Sequence record: NC_041994.1
Length of the DNA: 64,000 nt
Strand: one strand, 5' to 3'
This document shows positions 36,430 through 46,334 of the stretch, in pieces (positions within the stretch are counted from its first letter, which is position 1; every line of letters begins with the position of its first letter). The position numbers were made by a program, and so were the translations under genes. Below the pieces are notes generated by a model. It was not told the DNA's origin. It saw only the letters and a program-made list of their open reading frames with translations, and searched no databases.

Positions 36430-36825
36430 ATGTTGATTCAAATGCCAGCAGCACAAGAAAATGGATTGATCGAACTGCGTGTTACGGAATTCGAACAACT
36501 GCTGAAACCCCTCTTCGAATACATGGTCTCTCCACTGGACTCTCGTTCGTACCTGATCACTGACCATCCACCGCGGATGGAGATGGGTGAGGAGTGGTTT
36601 GGCCAGGGCGTGTACCGCCGTCGGGGTTGGAACAGCCGCTACGCTGTGATCGAACTCGATGACCACTTCTTAATTGTACCGGAAGGGGAAGTCGATAAGA
36701 TCTGGCGTCAAGAGAAGCTGGGCGTGAAACGCTTTGGTACGTGGATGGCTGGCAGTATGCGTTTCATGGGTCGTGATCTGATTGACGGCCTGACCAAACT
36801 TAACACCAAATACGCACGGAGCTGA
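36430..36825 (+). CDS. Hypothetical protein
   Basis: AGGA SD; 131 aa. Confidence 0.7.
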   Translation: MLIQMPAAQENGLIELRVTEFEQLLKPLFEYMVSPLDSRSYLITDHPPRMEMGEEWFGQGVYRRRGWNSRYAVIELDDHFLIVPEGEVDKIWRQEKLGVKRFGTWMAGSMRFMGRDLIDGLTKLNTKYARS

Positions 36826-36826
36826 T

Positions 36827-37627
36827 ATGTCGTTTAAAGCACCAGCACCTGACGCTGTTTATCAGAGCGATAATCTTTACGAGGTTCGCTTTGAGTCGGC
36901 GATGAAGTATCTCACCGCTCAGTTGGTGACACCCGAATCGGTCCATCTGTTGACCATGGTTGAGGACAAGCCAACGTACACGGTGGAATACAACCTCGGT
37001 AATCGGAATCCACATGCTGTTCCTCTGGCACATGTGGACGATGCAATGGCTGATCGCATTGTCAAGGCCTTTCATGAAGTGGGTTGGGCCAACTGCTACT
37101 GGCGTGAGTTCAATGAGTGCGACCACGTCATTGCCCACATGGGGAACTGGGGTTATCGGTTCTACTTCGAACGTCCGATCGAAACAGTGCCTTACGAAGT
37201 CCTACGCCGGATATCGAAGAAAGTCTTAGGCGACCTACCCTCTATAAGTGAAGTCTCAGACGCGGTCGCAAAAGAACCTCAATCGATGACCGTTACTGAA
37301 CTAACCCAGTGCATCAACGCACAGATGCCGATCCGTGACCAACCGCGTCGCCTTAATGGAGATCTCCTTGCGATTATTCAGTGCCATCTTGCGAAAGACT
37401 ATGGCTATACGGGCACGGGTTACTACACAGGTCAGTCTGGTGAGTTGGCGGTTGTACTGGACTTGGCAGCGTTTCAGATCTATTACTGCCGCCGTACGCG
37501 CATTGTCTATCGACGTGATAAGCTCATCAATTCGCCATGGCATCAGGTAGACAAAGAGATAGTCGTGGCACCTATCGCCATCCTTTCAGCCCTTAAAGAC
37601 CTGGAGGTATTCAATGCATCCGTATGA
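36827..37627 (+). CDS. Hypothetical protein
   Basis: GGAG SD; 266 aa. Confidence 0.7.
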   Translation: MSFKAPAPDAVYQSDNLYEVRFESAMKYLTAQLVTPESVHLLTMVEDKPTYTVEYNLGNRNPHAVPLAHVDDAMADRIVKAFHEVGWANCYWREFNECDHVIAHMGNWGYRFYFERPIETVPYEVLRRISKKVLGDLPSISEVSDAVAKEPQSMTVTELTQCINAQMPIRDQPRRLNGDLLAIIQCHLAKDYGYTGTGYYTGQSGELAVVLDLAAFQIYYCRRTRIVYRRDKLINSPWHQVDKEIVVAPIAILSALKDLEVFNASV

Positions 37628-38411
37628 CCTTAGCCGGCGTAGCCATCAGAAAGAGCTTAAATTCATAGACTCTGAAACCCCTTACATCCTGCGGCCAGCC
37701 CGCATGGCCACCATCTGGGATATACCGACTGGTTCCTTTTTGAATGACCCACATATCGGCCTGCGTCGTGGTGAGCATCACCCTCTGAGCGCGTGGCACC
37801 AACAGGCCGTACGGCACATGAATGGTCCTCAGCAACTCATCAACCTGCGTAAGCAGTACTATGAGGCCTGCTATCGTTGGCGTACTGGCAAAACAGGTGA
37901 TCCCAAGCTCCATTTCCAATCGTCGTTCTCAGGCACCACTTACTCCGACTGGTTGGGTAAAGAATACCAACAGGTGCTGCGTTATGCCAAATGCGAACCG
38001 ATGACGCCACCGCCTTTCGCTATTGAGCTGACGCCGCTGATGTTCCTGCGTGAACTCCAGTCGGAAGAATGGCGTTGGTTTGCTGTACGTCGTTCTGGTA
38101 AGTCTCTTTCGATGGCCAAGCAATTGGAAATCCATCGTGAGAAGATGTTGGATTCGGTGCGCCTCCCAATGCCTGCACTCAACATGCAGCTCCTGCCTGA
38201 ACCAGCCCCCACCTACCGTATCTACGACTACATGGATTCTTATAGTGCTTTCCATACGGTGAGCTTTCATATCCCGGAACACGAGGTCAAAGCGATGAGC
38301 CTCAAGATCCGTGGTGCTTCTCAGTTCGGTCGGGGTAAGCGTCAAGCGCCGGTAGAGCCGTTGTTCACACTGGACATCAAAGGCGACTATCATCGCTGGG
38401 CTAATCGCTAG
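37614..38411 (+). CDS. Hypothetical basic protein
   Basis: GGAGGT SD; 265 aa. Confidence 0.7.
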   Translation: MHPYDLSRRSHQKELKFIDSETPYILRPARMATIWDIPTGSFLNDPHIGLRRGEHHPLSAWHQQAVRHMNGPQQLINLRKQYYEACYRWRTGKTGDPKLHFQSSFSGTTYSDWLGKEYQQVLRYAKCEPMTPPPFAIELTPLMFLRELQSEEWRWFAVRRSGKSLSMAKQLEIHREKMLDSVRLPMPALNMQLLPEPAPTYRIYDYMDSYSAFHTVSFHIPEHEVKAMSLKIRGASQFGRGKRQAPVEPLFTLDIKGDYHRWANR

Positions 38412-38413
38412 GC

Positions 38414-38450
38414 GGCATAAAACCCCTCCCGTCTGGGAGGGGCTTATGTC
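38414..38450. terminator. Bidirectional hairpin terminator
   Basis: ggcataa-aa-cccctccc-gtct-gggagggg-cttatgtc between convergent genes. Confidence 0.8.
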
Positions 38451-39525
38451 AGCTCACCATGGCTAAGACTTGTTCGACTTGTGTCTTGTAGGTCTTAGCC
38501 AGTTCAGGATCACCAATGGTGCCGATGGTGTTATCCCACTTAGCTTCGAGCAGAGCAATCTTCACCTTGCCCAAGGCTGCTCCGTCTATGCCGTGTGGTC
38601 CACTTAAGGCTTGGCTCACCAAATACTTCACGTAAGGCAACCGGGCGAGGATGATCGCCCATTCGTTCTGCCGTGTGACCGGGTCCTTAGGAATACCCGC
38701 CACATGAAACAGGTTATCCGACGCGATCGCTGGTGTACACCACGCCAGTTGTTCGATGTCATCATTGCGCAGCTTCGAGGATTCATTGACAACCCCAATG
38801 ATCCCGTTGATGCGTGGTACCAGATCCGTCAAATAGAACGGGTGTGGTTTAGGGAAGTTCGCCGTACCGATACCTTGGGACGAACGAGCCAGCCTATTAA
38901 AGAAGGCAATGTCCAGATAGCTGTCAGTCGCATTCGGCAGCACGTAGCCACCAATGAACCGCGTCAGGGAATCGATAGCATCGGCCCCGGCGTATTGACG
39001 CAACCAGTAACGATACATCACTGCCAGCATTGGAATGTTGATCGTGGCAATCCCGTAACCTTTACCCGGGGTTGTGTTGTTCATGATCGGCAGGTTGACA
39101 TCGGTCCGACTGTGGTAGAGGTAACGCAATGGAGTCAAGTCACGCCACTTCTGTTTAAGGTCCGACATGTCGAACGATTCAGAGTTGGCCAAGATAACTT
39201 CACTGGTTGCTTCCCCCAGTGTGACACCGCTGGTGAAGCTTTTGCCCCGGCTGATCGAGGAAGTAAAACCGAAAGACTTGATCAACGGATCAGCGACGTC
39301 TTCGACCATTGCTGCAAAGGTGCGATCATCCAAATCCATGCGGATGTGAATGTGACGAAGGATCTGCGCAAACAGGTTCGCACCATCGACGTATTTGGGA
39401 TTACGGCGATAGTAGGATTTGACATCCTCTAGCATGCCTTTATACATGCGCCGGACGTAGATCAGATCAGGGAATACATAAGCGCTCGTCTTGCGGGACG
39501 GGACGCCTTTGAAGAGATCGTACAT
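38449..39525 (-). CDS. Virion structural protein (phiKZ gp52-like)
   Basis: 358 aa on the minus strand just upstream of chmA, as in phiKZ-like synteny. Confidence 0.6.
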   Translation of the reverse strand: MYDLFKGVPSRKTSAYVFPDLIYVRRMYKGMLEDVKSYYRRNPKYVDGANLFAQILRHIHIRMDLDDRTFAAMVEDVADPLIKSFGFTSSISRGKSFTSGVTLGEATSEVILANSESFDMSDLKQKWRDLTPLRYLYHSRTDVNLPIMNNTTPGKGYGIATINIPMLAVMYRYWLRQYAGADAIDSLTRFIGGYVLPNATDSYLDIAFFNRLARSSQGIGTANFPKPHPFYLTDLVPRINGIIGVVNESSKLRNDDIEQLAWCTPAIASDNLFHVAGIPKDPVTRQNEWAIILARLPYVKYLVSQALSGPHGIDGAALGKVKIALLEAKWDNTIGTIGDPELAKTYKTQVEQVLAMVS

Positions 39526-39555
39526 GACTGCATCCCGAATGAAAAATAATTAACC

Positions 39556-39575
39556 ACTATATCATCGTTGTGATA
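39556..39575 (+). promoter_or_regulatory. Putative early promoter
   Basis: actatatcat-cgtt-gtgata, 50 nt before GTG 39606. Confidence 0.65.
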
Positions 39576-39605
39576 TTGAACCAGTATATAGCTAAGGAGC
39601 TAGTC

Positions 39606-39761
39606 GTGGGTACCCCTCTCTCGTTGGACGAACGTGTAGCAATCGCAGCAGACAAAGGCGCCAACATCTCAACTGAAGAATGGACCGAGGAACCCGGTGG
39701 TGCAGAAGAGCTTGGTAGCTTTCTCGACACCCTGGATGTACCTCGCGAAAAAGAAGAATAA
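39606..39761 (+). CDS. 51-aa acidic microprotein upstream of chmA
   Basis: AAGGAG 6 nt before GTG; MGTPLSLDERVAIAADKGANISTEEWTEEPGGAEELGSFLDTLDVPREKEE. Confidence 0.6.
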   Translation: MGTPLSLDERVAIAADKGANISTEEWTEEPGGAEELGSFLDTLDVPREKEE

Positions 39762-39896
39762 AAGTTTTACACGCTGTAGTGTATAGTATGTGAACTAGCA
39801 TTTGGTTCATCGCACCTTTGGTGTATGTCCCTATGCTGCCGACTATTGATGTGTTTTTACATTACCACAGCAAAGTGGAATTAAAAATACTTCGAG

Positions 39897-39914
39897 CCTA
39901 TATCACGTAGTTGA
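39897..39914 (+). promoter_or_regulatory. Putative early promoter of chmA
   Basis: cctatatcac-gtag-ttga, 74 nt before the chmA ATG. Confidence 0.65.
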
Positions 39915-39970
39915 AGATCCGAGCATAACTCGGCGAACACTGATATTCCCAACCAAAAGGAAACACTGCA

Positions 39971-41848
39971 ATGCCAATCGAAGACGAAAGCACCGGCCAG
40001 AACGCTCAGGGCCAAACCCCGCCGAATGCTTCGGCTCCGGGTCAAACCCAGAACCCTTACACCAGCACCACTCAACAGGCGCAGCGCACCATGCATCTGA
40101 GCGACGTAAACAATGTCCTGGCCCGTGGCGGCAAGGCAGAAAACACCGAAGGCCGTTCCGGCGAACTGCTGACTGCACTGACCGCTGCTGGTAAAGCTGC
40201 CGTCGCCAGCCAGAACCTGGACTCCAACTTCGATCTGATCCGTTTCGACCGCGACCAACACCGTGTCGGCGTCGGCGCTATCCTGGTCATGCGTTCCTTC
40301 CGTAAGGGCGCTGATACCTACATCTCGGTTCGCCCTCTGCTGGTCGAGAACAAGCAGGTGACCCTGAAGCCTCGCATCCTGACCATCGGCAACGAGCGCA
40401 TCGAGATCCCGACCTACGTCGCCGACACCCTGTCCGACGAATACTGGGCTCGCGTCGTTCGCCATGTGCAAGAACACGTGTCGAACCCGAACGCCATCGT
40501 GGCCAACGCCGGCTACCTGGAAGTGCCTGCTGACTTCGACGTCAGCGAGAAGAACACCGCCGACGTATCGAAGCTGCTGACCACTTCGGTCAACCGTTGC
40601 GACGACGTGCTGGCCCGCGTCAACGGCGAAACTCCGTTCAACATCGCGCAGTTCAAAGCGGCGAACGAAGTTCTGACCGCCAAGCTGGACTTCTCCGCTA
40701 CCCCGCGCTTCAACCTGTTCGGTGAGCCGGTACGTAACGACATCCAGGTCCTGATGAACCGCTCGATCAAGGGCAACGCCGACGCCGATCCGTTCTACGA
40801 CGCCGACACCCAGTTCAGCTCCGTGGCTTGCTACGTGAACCTGGAATACGCGCCGCCTGTTCAGGCTCAAGGTTACGCTCCGGCCGCCGTGGTCGAAACT
40901 CAGCTGTTCACTCCGACCATCGTCATCACTGACGTGCGTCAAGCCAGCTGGATCGCCGCGAACACTCCTGAGCTGTACTTCCTGGCTCTGTCCAACGCCT
41001 ACCGCGTAACTGCTGGTACTGCGTGGGCCGGTAGCCTGCTGCCAGACGTGGCCAAGAAAGACGATCCTCGCGACATCGGTGCTCTGACCTACCTGACCAA
41101 GGAAGCGAAGAAAACCAAGACCAAGTCCGACACCTTCACGCCGCAGCATTTCGGCGAGCTGATGTTCATGCTGGTCCGTCCGAACCCGACCTTCCTGCTC
41201 GACGTCAACCCAGTGGGTGAAAACGCCGCGATCGAGAACGTCCTGCTCATGGCTGCCAGCGATGGCCCAGCTCGCGAGAAGGCCGTACTGGCTCTGGTGA
41301 ACAGCCTCAACAACCTGACCGGCGGCCACTTCAGCCAGCTGTTCGATCACACCAAGCACCACCTCATCCGCATGTACGGCACCGACGTACACCGTGGTTT
41401 CTACCTGGACGAGCGCGAAGAGCGCCACGACCTGCGTGACCTCGGTACGCTGGAAGCGCTGAACGCCTCGGGTGGCAACATCCAGGAATTCATCGCCTAC
41501 TACCGCACCATGTGCGACGGCAACATCAACCCAGAGATCCGCCTGAAACAGCGCGTCGGTTACGAGCGTCAGTACCTCAGCCAGAATCTGGTCATCCGTG
41601 GCAAGTACCACCGCCTGGTCTGGACTCCTGAGTTCATTCTGGCTCTGGACAATGCTGTCAAGGCTGCCGGTGTATCGGTCGACGTGGAAAACGTCAGCAC
41701 CGTATACGGCACCCAGCGCTTCACCGGCAACACCGCTGTTACCCAGTTCGCTGTTTCGCAACAAGCGACCTACGGCATCGGCGGCCAAGTGAATGGTGGC
41801 GGTTACGGCATCACTCCAGGCGCCGGCGCTGGTACCATGGTCTACTAA
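39971..41848 (+). CDS. chmA: Chimallin, major phage nuclear shell protein
   Basis: Q/T-rich N-tail, RFDRDQH, VRPLL, SVNRCDDVLA..GETPF match chimallin as recalled; 625 aa; upstream of RNAP beta'N; very strong codon bias. Confidence 0.92.
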   Translation: MPIEDESTGQNAQGQTPPNASAPGQTQNPYTSTTQQAQRTMHLSDVNNVLARGGKAENTEGRSGELLTALTAAGKAAVASQNLDSNFDLIRFDRDQHRVGVGAILVMRSFRKGADTYISVRPLLVENKQVTLKPRILTIGNERIEIPTYVADTLSDEYWARVVRHVQEHVSNPNAIVANAGYLEVPADFDVSEKNTADVSKLLTTSVNRCDDVLARVNGETPFNIAQFKAANEVLTAKLDFSATPRFNLFGEPVRNDIQVLMNRSIKGNADADPFYDADTQFSSVACYVNLEYAPPVQAQGYAPAAVVETQLFTPTIVITDVRQASWIAANTPELYFLALSNAYRVTAGTAWAGSLLPDVAKKDDPRDIGALTYLTKEAKKTKTKSDTFTPQHFGELMFMLVRPNPTFLLDVNPVGENAAIENVLLMAASDGPAREKAVLALVNSLNNLTGGHFSQLFDHTKHHLIRMYGTDVHRGFYLDEREERHDLRDLGTLEALNASGGNIQEFIAYYRTMCDGNINPEIRLKQRVGYERQYLSQNLVIRGKYHRLVWTPEFILALDNAVKAAGVSVDVENVSTVYGTQRFTGNTAVTQFAVSQQATYGIGGQVNGGGYGITPGAGAGTMVY

Positions 41849-41872
41849 GACCAAGCGCAACCCTGCGGTAAA

Positions 41873-41906
41873 AGAGGGGGCCTTCGGGTCCCCTCTCTCT
41901 TTTTTT
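41873..41906 (+). terminator. Intrinsic terminator
   Basis: agagggggcc-TTCG-ggtcccctct-ctcttttttt. Confidence 0.8.
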
Positions 41907-41932
41907 GCCCTCCCACACGGAAAGGACAGAGC

Positions 41933-43405
41933 ATGGGTGTTAGCCTTCAGTGTGTCAATCATGACGAGGTCTTTAACAACCTCCCGTACGAACCCTTGAT
42001 GGTGAACTCACTCGACACCAGCACTCCCGAGAAGCTGATCGAGTTCAAGCGTCACATCTACAGCCATTATAACAACAGCGACACCATCGAGGAGTCCGCT
42101 GCCTGTACGTGCAAGAAGATCACCGATGTTGAGAAGATCGGCACCTATTGTCCGGACTGCCACACGAAAGTAGAAGGCAGTAACGAACGTCCAATCGTTC
42201 CGAGCATGTGGATGGATGCGCCGGAAGGTGTAACCAGTCTGATCAGTCCACACTTGTGGATCATTCTCGACAGCAACACCACGACGAAGGAGTTCAACTT
42301 CCTCCGTTACCTCACGGACACCAAATACAAATTCACTTACGAACGTTTGAGTTCCAAGGAAACCAAGCGTAAAGTGGATCGGTTGCTTGAGAAGAACTTC
42401 GAGCGTGGCTTGAACGCGTTCATCCGGGACTTCGACACTATTGTTGAGTTCTTCTTCCAGGCCAACATCATCGACAAGAACAAGGCTGAACTCAGCCAGT
42501 TCATTCGCAACAACAAGCACTGCTTCTTCCCGCAAGTGCTGCCGTTGCCGTCGAGGGTGTGTATGGTGGTTGAATCCACCACCAGCGGTACCTACATCGA
42601 CAAGCCAATTCTGTTGGCTGTGGACGCCGCTCTGTCGATGGCGTCGATCGGGTCTACTAACTTTAAGTTAAAGCCCATCGAAGTTCAGAACATCACCGCT
42701 CAGTCTATCGCAACGCTGAGCATGTTCCACCAGATTTACGACAAAGACCGCCTGGCACGTAAGCCAGGTCTTATTCGTCGTCACGTGCTGGCCAGCAGTC
42801 TGTACTTGACTGGTCGTAACGTGATCACCTCGATCTCCAAGCCGCACAACTACGAGCAGATCGAACTGCCGTGGGGTATGGCGGTACAGCTGTTTAAGTA
42901 CCACATCATCTCGAAGTTGTTCAAACGGGGCTATACGGCTAACAAAGCGTTGGCTGCGGTTTATCAGAACGTACTGAACGATACCCCCAACCCGTTGTTG
43001 GTGGAGATCTTCAACGAGCTGATTGCTGAATCGAACGGTGGTCTGGGTCCTGCGTGCATCTTTGGTCGTAACCCGACCTTGCAGCGCGGCTCGACGCAGA
43101 TGTTCTACATCGGCACGATCAAAACGAACACACGCGACAATACCATCTCGATGTCGGTTCTGTGCCTCAAAGCACCGAACGCTGACTTCGACGGTGACCA
43201 ACTCAACCTTACCTTGCTGGCAGACAACCAGTTGACCCAGGCGGCGTCGCGTCTCGCACCCCACCTGTGGGTGTGGTCGTTGCATGCACCGCATGAAATC
43301 TCTGGTAACTTGGAGATCCAAGGCCCGGTCATTGAGACGGCAGCTAGCTGGATCACCCGAGCACGTCTGAAAGCGAAGGCCAATCGAGAAGGCAGAATGG
43401 CATGA
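41933..43405 (+). CDS. Non-virion RNA polymerase beta' N-terminal subunit (phiKZ gp55-like)
   Basis: Catalytic NADFDGD, GRNPTL and N-terminal Zn finger CTC...CPDC; no intron evident. Confidence 0.9.
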   Translation: MGVSLQCVNHDEVFNNLPYEPLMVNSLDTSTPEKLIEFKRHIYSHYNNSDTIEESAACTCKKITDVEKIGTYCPDCHTKVEGSNERPIVPSMWMDAPEGVTSLISPHLWIILDSNTTTKEFNFLRYLTDTKYKFTYERLSSKETKRKVDRLLEKNFERGLNAFIRDFDTIVEFFFQANIIDKNKAELSQFIRNNKHCFFPQVLPLPSRVCMVVESTTSGTYIDKPILLAVDAALSMASIGSTNFKLKPIEVQNITAQSIATLSMFHQIYDKDRLARKPGLIRRHVLASSLYLTGRNVITSISKPHNYEQIELPWGMAVQLFKYHIISKLFKRGYTANKALAAVYQNVLNDTPNPLLVEIFNELIAESNGGLGPACIFGRNPTLQRGSTQMFYIGTIKTNTRDNTISMSVLCLKAPNADFDGDQLNLTLLADNQLTQAASRLAPHLWVWSLHAPHEISGNLEIQGPVIETAASWITRARLKAKANREGRMA

Positions 43406-44013
43406 GCGGATTTGCGGTATCTGGCGGGGACATTATTGATGTCTTCGCTGGAGGACACCTCAGCAACAACACGGTGAATTGGCTCGGTCAGCGCAACGAG
43501 TCGATCATGTCGACGGTTACCACGGCGGCGCAGAACTTCTTTCAGCAAGCGCAAACGTTATACAGCATGGTCTCATCATCTGATGCAATGATGCTGATGC
43601 GCAACATGAAAGCCAAAGCAGAGAACACCTGGGCGTTCGATATCGTGCCGATTCGAAACGTGGCGGAACTGCAAACAGCTAACCCGTACATGCAGCGCTG
43701 GATCATGGCCCAACCTGATCTGCGTCAGCGGTACCTCAACCAAGAAGTCGAAGGCTACGGCGAGTCGTATGTGAATCACCACGGTGACACGTTCGGTGAA
43801 GCGCATTATGACTACCGTCGCGTGATGGATGGCGTCATGACGTACGACGACACCCAGTACGGCTTCAAGCATTACATGGAAGCAACACCACCGGAAGAAC
43901 GCGAGCTCACCGTGTTCGAGAAGGTGGATGTCCTGCGTACGTGGCAAACGGTACAGCAGGCTCTGGACGATCAGGAAGAAGATCCAACTTCCGTCACCGG
44001 CGCCATGCTCTAA
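43402..44013 (+). CDS. Conserved Chimalliviridae hypothetical protein
   Basis: 203 aa; ATGA overlap; MQRWIMAQP and GYGESY recalled from phiKZ-like core genes. Confidence 0.7.
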   Translation: MSGFAVSGGDIIDVFAGGHLSNNTVNWLGQRNESIMSTVTTAAQNFFQQAQTLYSMVSSSDAMMLMRNMKAKAENTWAFDIVPIRNVAELQTANPYMQRWIMAQPDLRQRYLNQEVEGYGESYVNHHGDTFGEAHYDYRRVMDGVMTYDDTQYGFKHYMEATPPEERELTVFEKVDVLRTWQTVQQALDDQEEDPTSVTGAML

Positions 44014-44023
44014 CCCAACCCAG

Positions 44024-44050
44024 AGCCGCCTGTAAAAAGGCGGCTTTTAT
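44024..44050 (+). terminator. Intrinsic terminator
   Basis: agccgcct-gtaaaa-aggcggct-tttatt. Confidence 0.7.
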
Positions 44051-44065
44051 TCCGAGTCTACGATT

Positions 44066-44404
44066 ATGTCTTATCATCTCTTGCAGAAGAACGACAAAGG
44101 TTTCTATGAAGTTGACGGTCGGGATACCCGACTGGAAGTGATCGCAAATGGCGTCACCATCGGCGCGTTCGATGATGCTCCACTGCATGCCAAGTTCAAG
44201 ATCGGTCACGACACCTACTACATCGACACCGGCGCCCATGAAGGCGGCCGGATCATGGAGGTCAGTCGTCTGGAGCTTGACGAAGAAGGCAACGTCGTCA
44301 AGTACCACCAACTGGATTGCCTGGAAATCATGAAGGGACATCCGATCAACCGTTTCCTCATCGTGTCGGGTGTTTCCCTGCACGACGAATTCTTGGACCG
44401 CTAA
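44066..44404 (+). CDS. Hypothetical protein
   Basis: 112 aa with typical codon usage. Confidence 0.65.
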   Translation: MSYHLLQKNDKGFYEVDGRDTRLEVIANGVTIGAFDDAPLHAKFKIGHDTYYIDTGAHEGGRIMEVSRLELDEEGNVVKYHQLDCLEIMKGHPINRFLIVSGVSLHDEFLDR

Positions 44405-44461
44405 CCATGGTCCTTTCGCTGTAACCAACCCTGTAATACCAACCTGAAGGAATGTAACAAG

Positions 44462-45346
44462 ATGAAAAATGTGTTCCTCGCTGTTCTGATGATGGCATCG
44501 GCTTCGGCCATGGCTGCTCCAACCCTGACTGTCTGCACCGGTGGTCAAGGTGGTGCATACGAAGCCTTGGGTAAAGACATCGGTAAAGCGATTGTCGACA
44601 AGGTCAAGGTCACCAGCCCTACCGAACTGCAAGTGCTCAACACCGGTGGTTCGGTCGAGAACGCCCAGCGTGTAACCAATGGCTCCTGTGCCATGGCCAT
44701 CATGCAGGGTGACGCTGTCGCTAGCCGTGGGCTGCCACGCGACATCAAGGTCACCAACGCACACGAAGAGGTGATCTACTGGATTCACGGCAAAGACGGC
44801 CTGAAGGACTTCGCTGATATCAGCAAGGCCGAAAACAAGAACCTGGGCATCGCCATCGTCAATGGCTCCGGCGCACAGATCACCATCGAGAACTTCGGTG
44901 CTACGGACGAGGACTACAAAGACCTCAACCTGATCTCGTTCGAAGACTGGGAATACGCCGCCGAAGCAACTGCCAACGGCCAAACCCGTTCTGCCGGTAA
45001 AGAAGTGAAGATCGCTGGCATGCTTTACGTCGGTCGCGCTGGCTTCCTGCCGGGTGCAATCACCAACGACTACAGCCAAGACCTGTCTGTAGGTGAAATC
45101 AACGAATCCAACTTCACCAAGGCCAAGGACTACAACGGTACCCAGCTGTACACCAAGTGCGAAATCAACAAAGGTGACACTGGCCCGCTGAAGACCGATA
45201 CCTTCTTCAAGCCTGATACCCTGTGCATGCGTGCTCAAGTCGTGTTCAACAACGACTACGTCAACACCATGGCCGATGCTGATCAGCGTGTAATGCGTAA
45301 AGCAGTCATGCAAGGCACCAGCCAGGTTCTGCGTAACAGCCGCTAA
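44462..45346 (+). CDS. TAXI-family TRAP solute-binding-like secreted protein
   Basis: Signal peptide (AMA-A), TGGQGGAY, NTGGSVEN, AIMQGD, HEE and NGSGAQIT match TAXI receptor motifs. Confidence 0.75.
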   Translation: MKNVFLAVLMMASASAMAAPTLTVCTGGQGGAYEALGKDIGKAIVDKVKVTSPTELQVLNTGGSVENAQRVTNGSCAMAIMQGDAVASRGLPRDIKVTNAHEEVIYWIHGKDGLKDFADISKAENKNLGIAIVNGSGAQITIENFGATDEDYKDLNLISFEDWEYAAEATANGQTRSAGKEVKIAGMLYVGRAGFLPGAITNDYSQDLSVGEINESNFTKAKDYNGTQLYTKCEINKGDTGPLKTDTFFKPDTLCMRAQVVFNNDYVNTMADADQRVMRKAVMQGTSQVLRNSR

Positions 45347-45362
45347 TGCGGCGCCGGTGACG

Positions 45363-45400
45363 GCATAAAGGGGGCCTTCGGGCTCCCTTTATTTTTTTGT
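45363..45400 (+). terminator. Intrinsic terminator
   Basis: gcataaagggggcc-TTCG-ggctccctttat-ttttttg. Confidence 0.85.
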
Positions 45401-45448
45401 TTTTTGGTTTTCGTGAGTAATCGGATGTATTTAACTGGAGGTGCATAA

Positions 45449-45853
45449 ATGCCCACCTACATCCCGACCATGTCCATGATGGGTTGGACTGGTACGCCTC
45501 ATGAAAAAGCCGCTTACATGATCGGCTGTTTTATTGCTGCTAACTACTCCCAATCGACAGCGCTGTATGGAAAAATCACTACGCTCCAATATCTAGTGAA
45601 GAAGTACGCCCAGCGTCTGGATCAATTGGAGAACGAACTGCGTACGTTGTTCGAGGAAAAGGTCAATGCGACTTTCCCCGGCGTAGCAACGTCAACAGTT
45701 TATGTTCGCCAAACTACCGAAGACAACCCCGCTATTTGGTCGATCAGTCTGATCTGTGAGATCACCGAAAATGGCCGGGTCTACACCATCGGTAAGTTGG
45801 TCCAGTTCAACAACTCGGTAATGACCAAAATCTCGGATATCGCAAATGGCTGA
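45449..45853 (+). CDS. Conserved phiKZ-like hypothetical protein
   Basis: GGAGGT SD; 134 aa; YSQS..Y.GKITTLQYL. Confidence 0.7.
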   Translation: MPTYIPTMSMMGWTGTPHEKAAYMIGCFIAANYSQSTALYGKITTLQYLVKKYAQRLDQLENELRTLFEEKVNATFPGVATSTVYVRQTTEDNPAIWSISLICEITENGRVYTIGKLVQFNNSVMTKISDIANG

Positions 45854-46331
45854 TGAAAAGAAACCCATCGAACCACTGGCCCCACCACCGCGCCCTGAGG
45901 CCGGCAATACCCCTGAGCGTCTGCATTACCTGGAGAAGCAGGTAGCCACTCAGGCCAAGCGTATCGAGTTCCTCGAAAACGCAAACCGTGACCTGATCCT
46001 CAACGTGCGCGAAGAAGCGATGCGTTTGCTGGGTACGGCTTTCGGTACTCTGGGCGAACAACTGCTGGTGGGTGCTGTAGCCCGTCACAAGTACAAGGCC
46101 GAAGAATGCAACGCTGAACGTCCGATCAACGAGCAGACCTTCTACGCTCGTCAGATCACGCCGGGTCAGTGGGCTTATCACGTCATGCAGCCAAGCGCTA
46201 ACGGCGATTTGGCAACTGAAGTGGTGCTGGAACGTCTGGCTAGCCCAATGGCTGTGGCCGTGCAAGAGTTCATCAGCAAACTGCCTGCCGACACCCCATC
46301 GGTGGCGTTCAACGTTTACCGCGAGGCTTAA
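45846..46331 (+). CDS. Hypothetical coiled-coil protein
   Basis: 161 aa; overlaps the upstream stop. Confidence 0.7.
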   Translation: MADEKKPIEPLAPPPRPEAGNTPERLHYLEKQVATQAKRIEFLENANRDLILNVREEAMRLLGTAFGTLGEQLLVGAVARHKYKAEECNAERPINEQTFYARQITPGQWAYHVMQPSANGDLATEVVLERLASPMAVAVQEFISKLPADTPSVAFNVYREA

Positions 46332-46334
46332 GCC

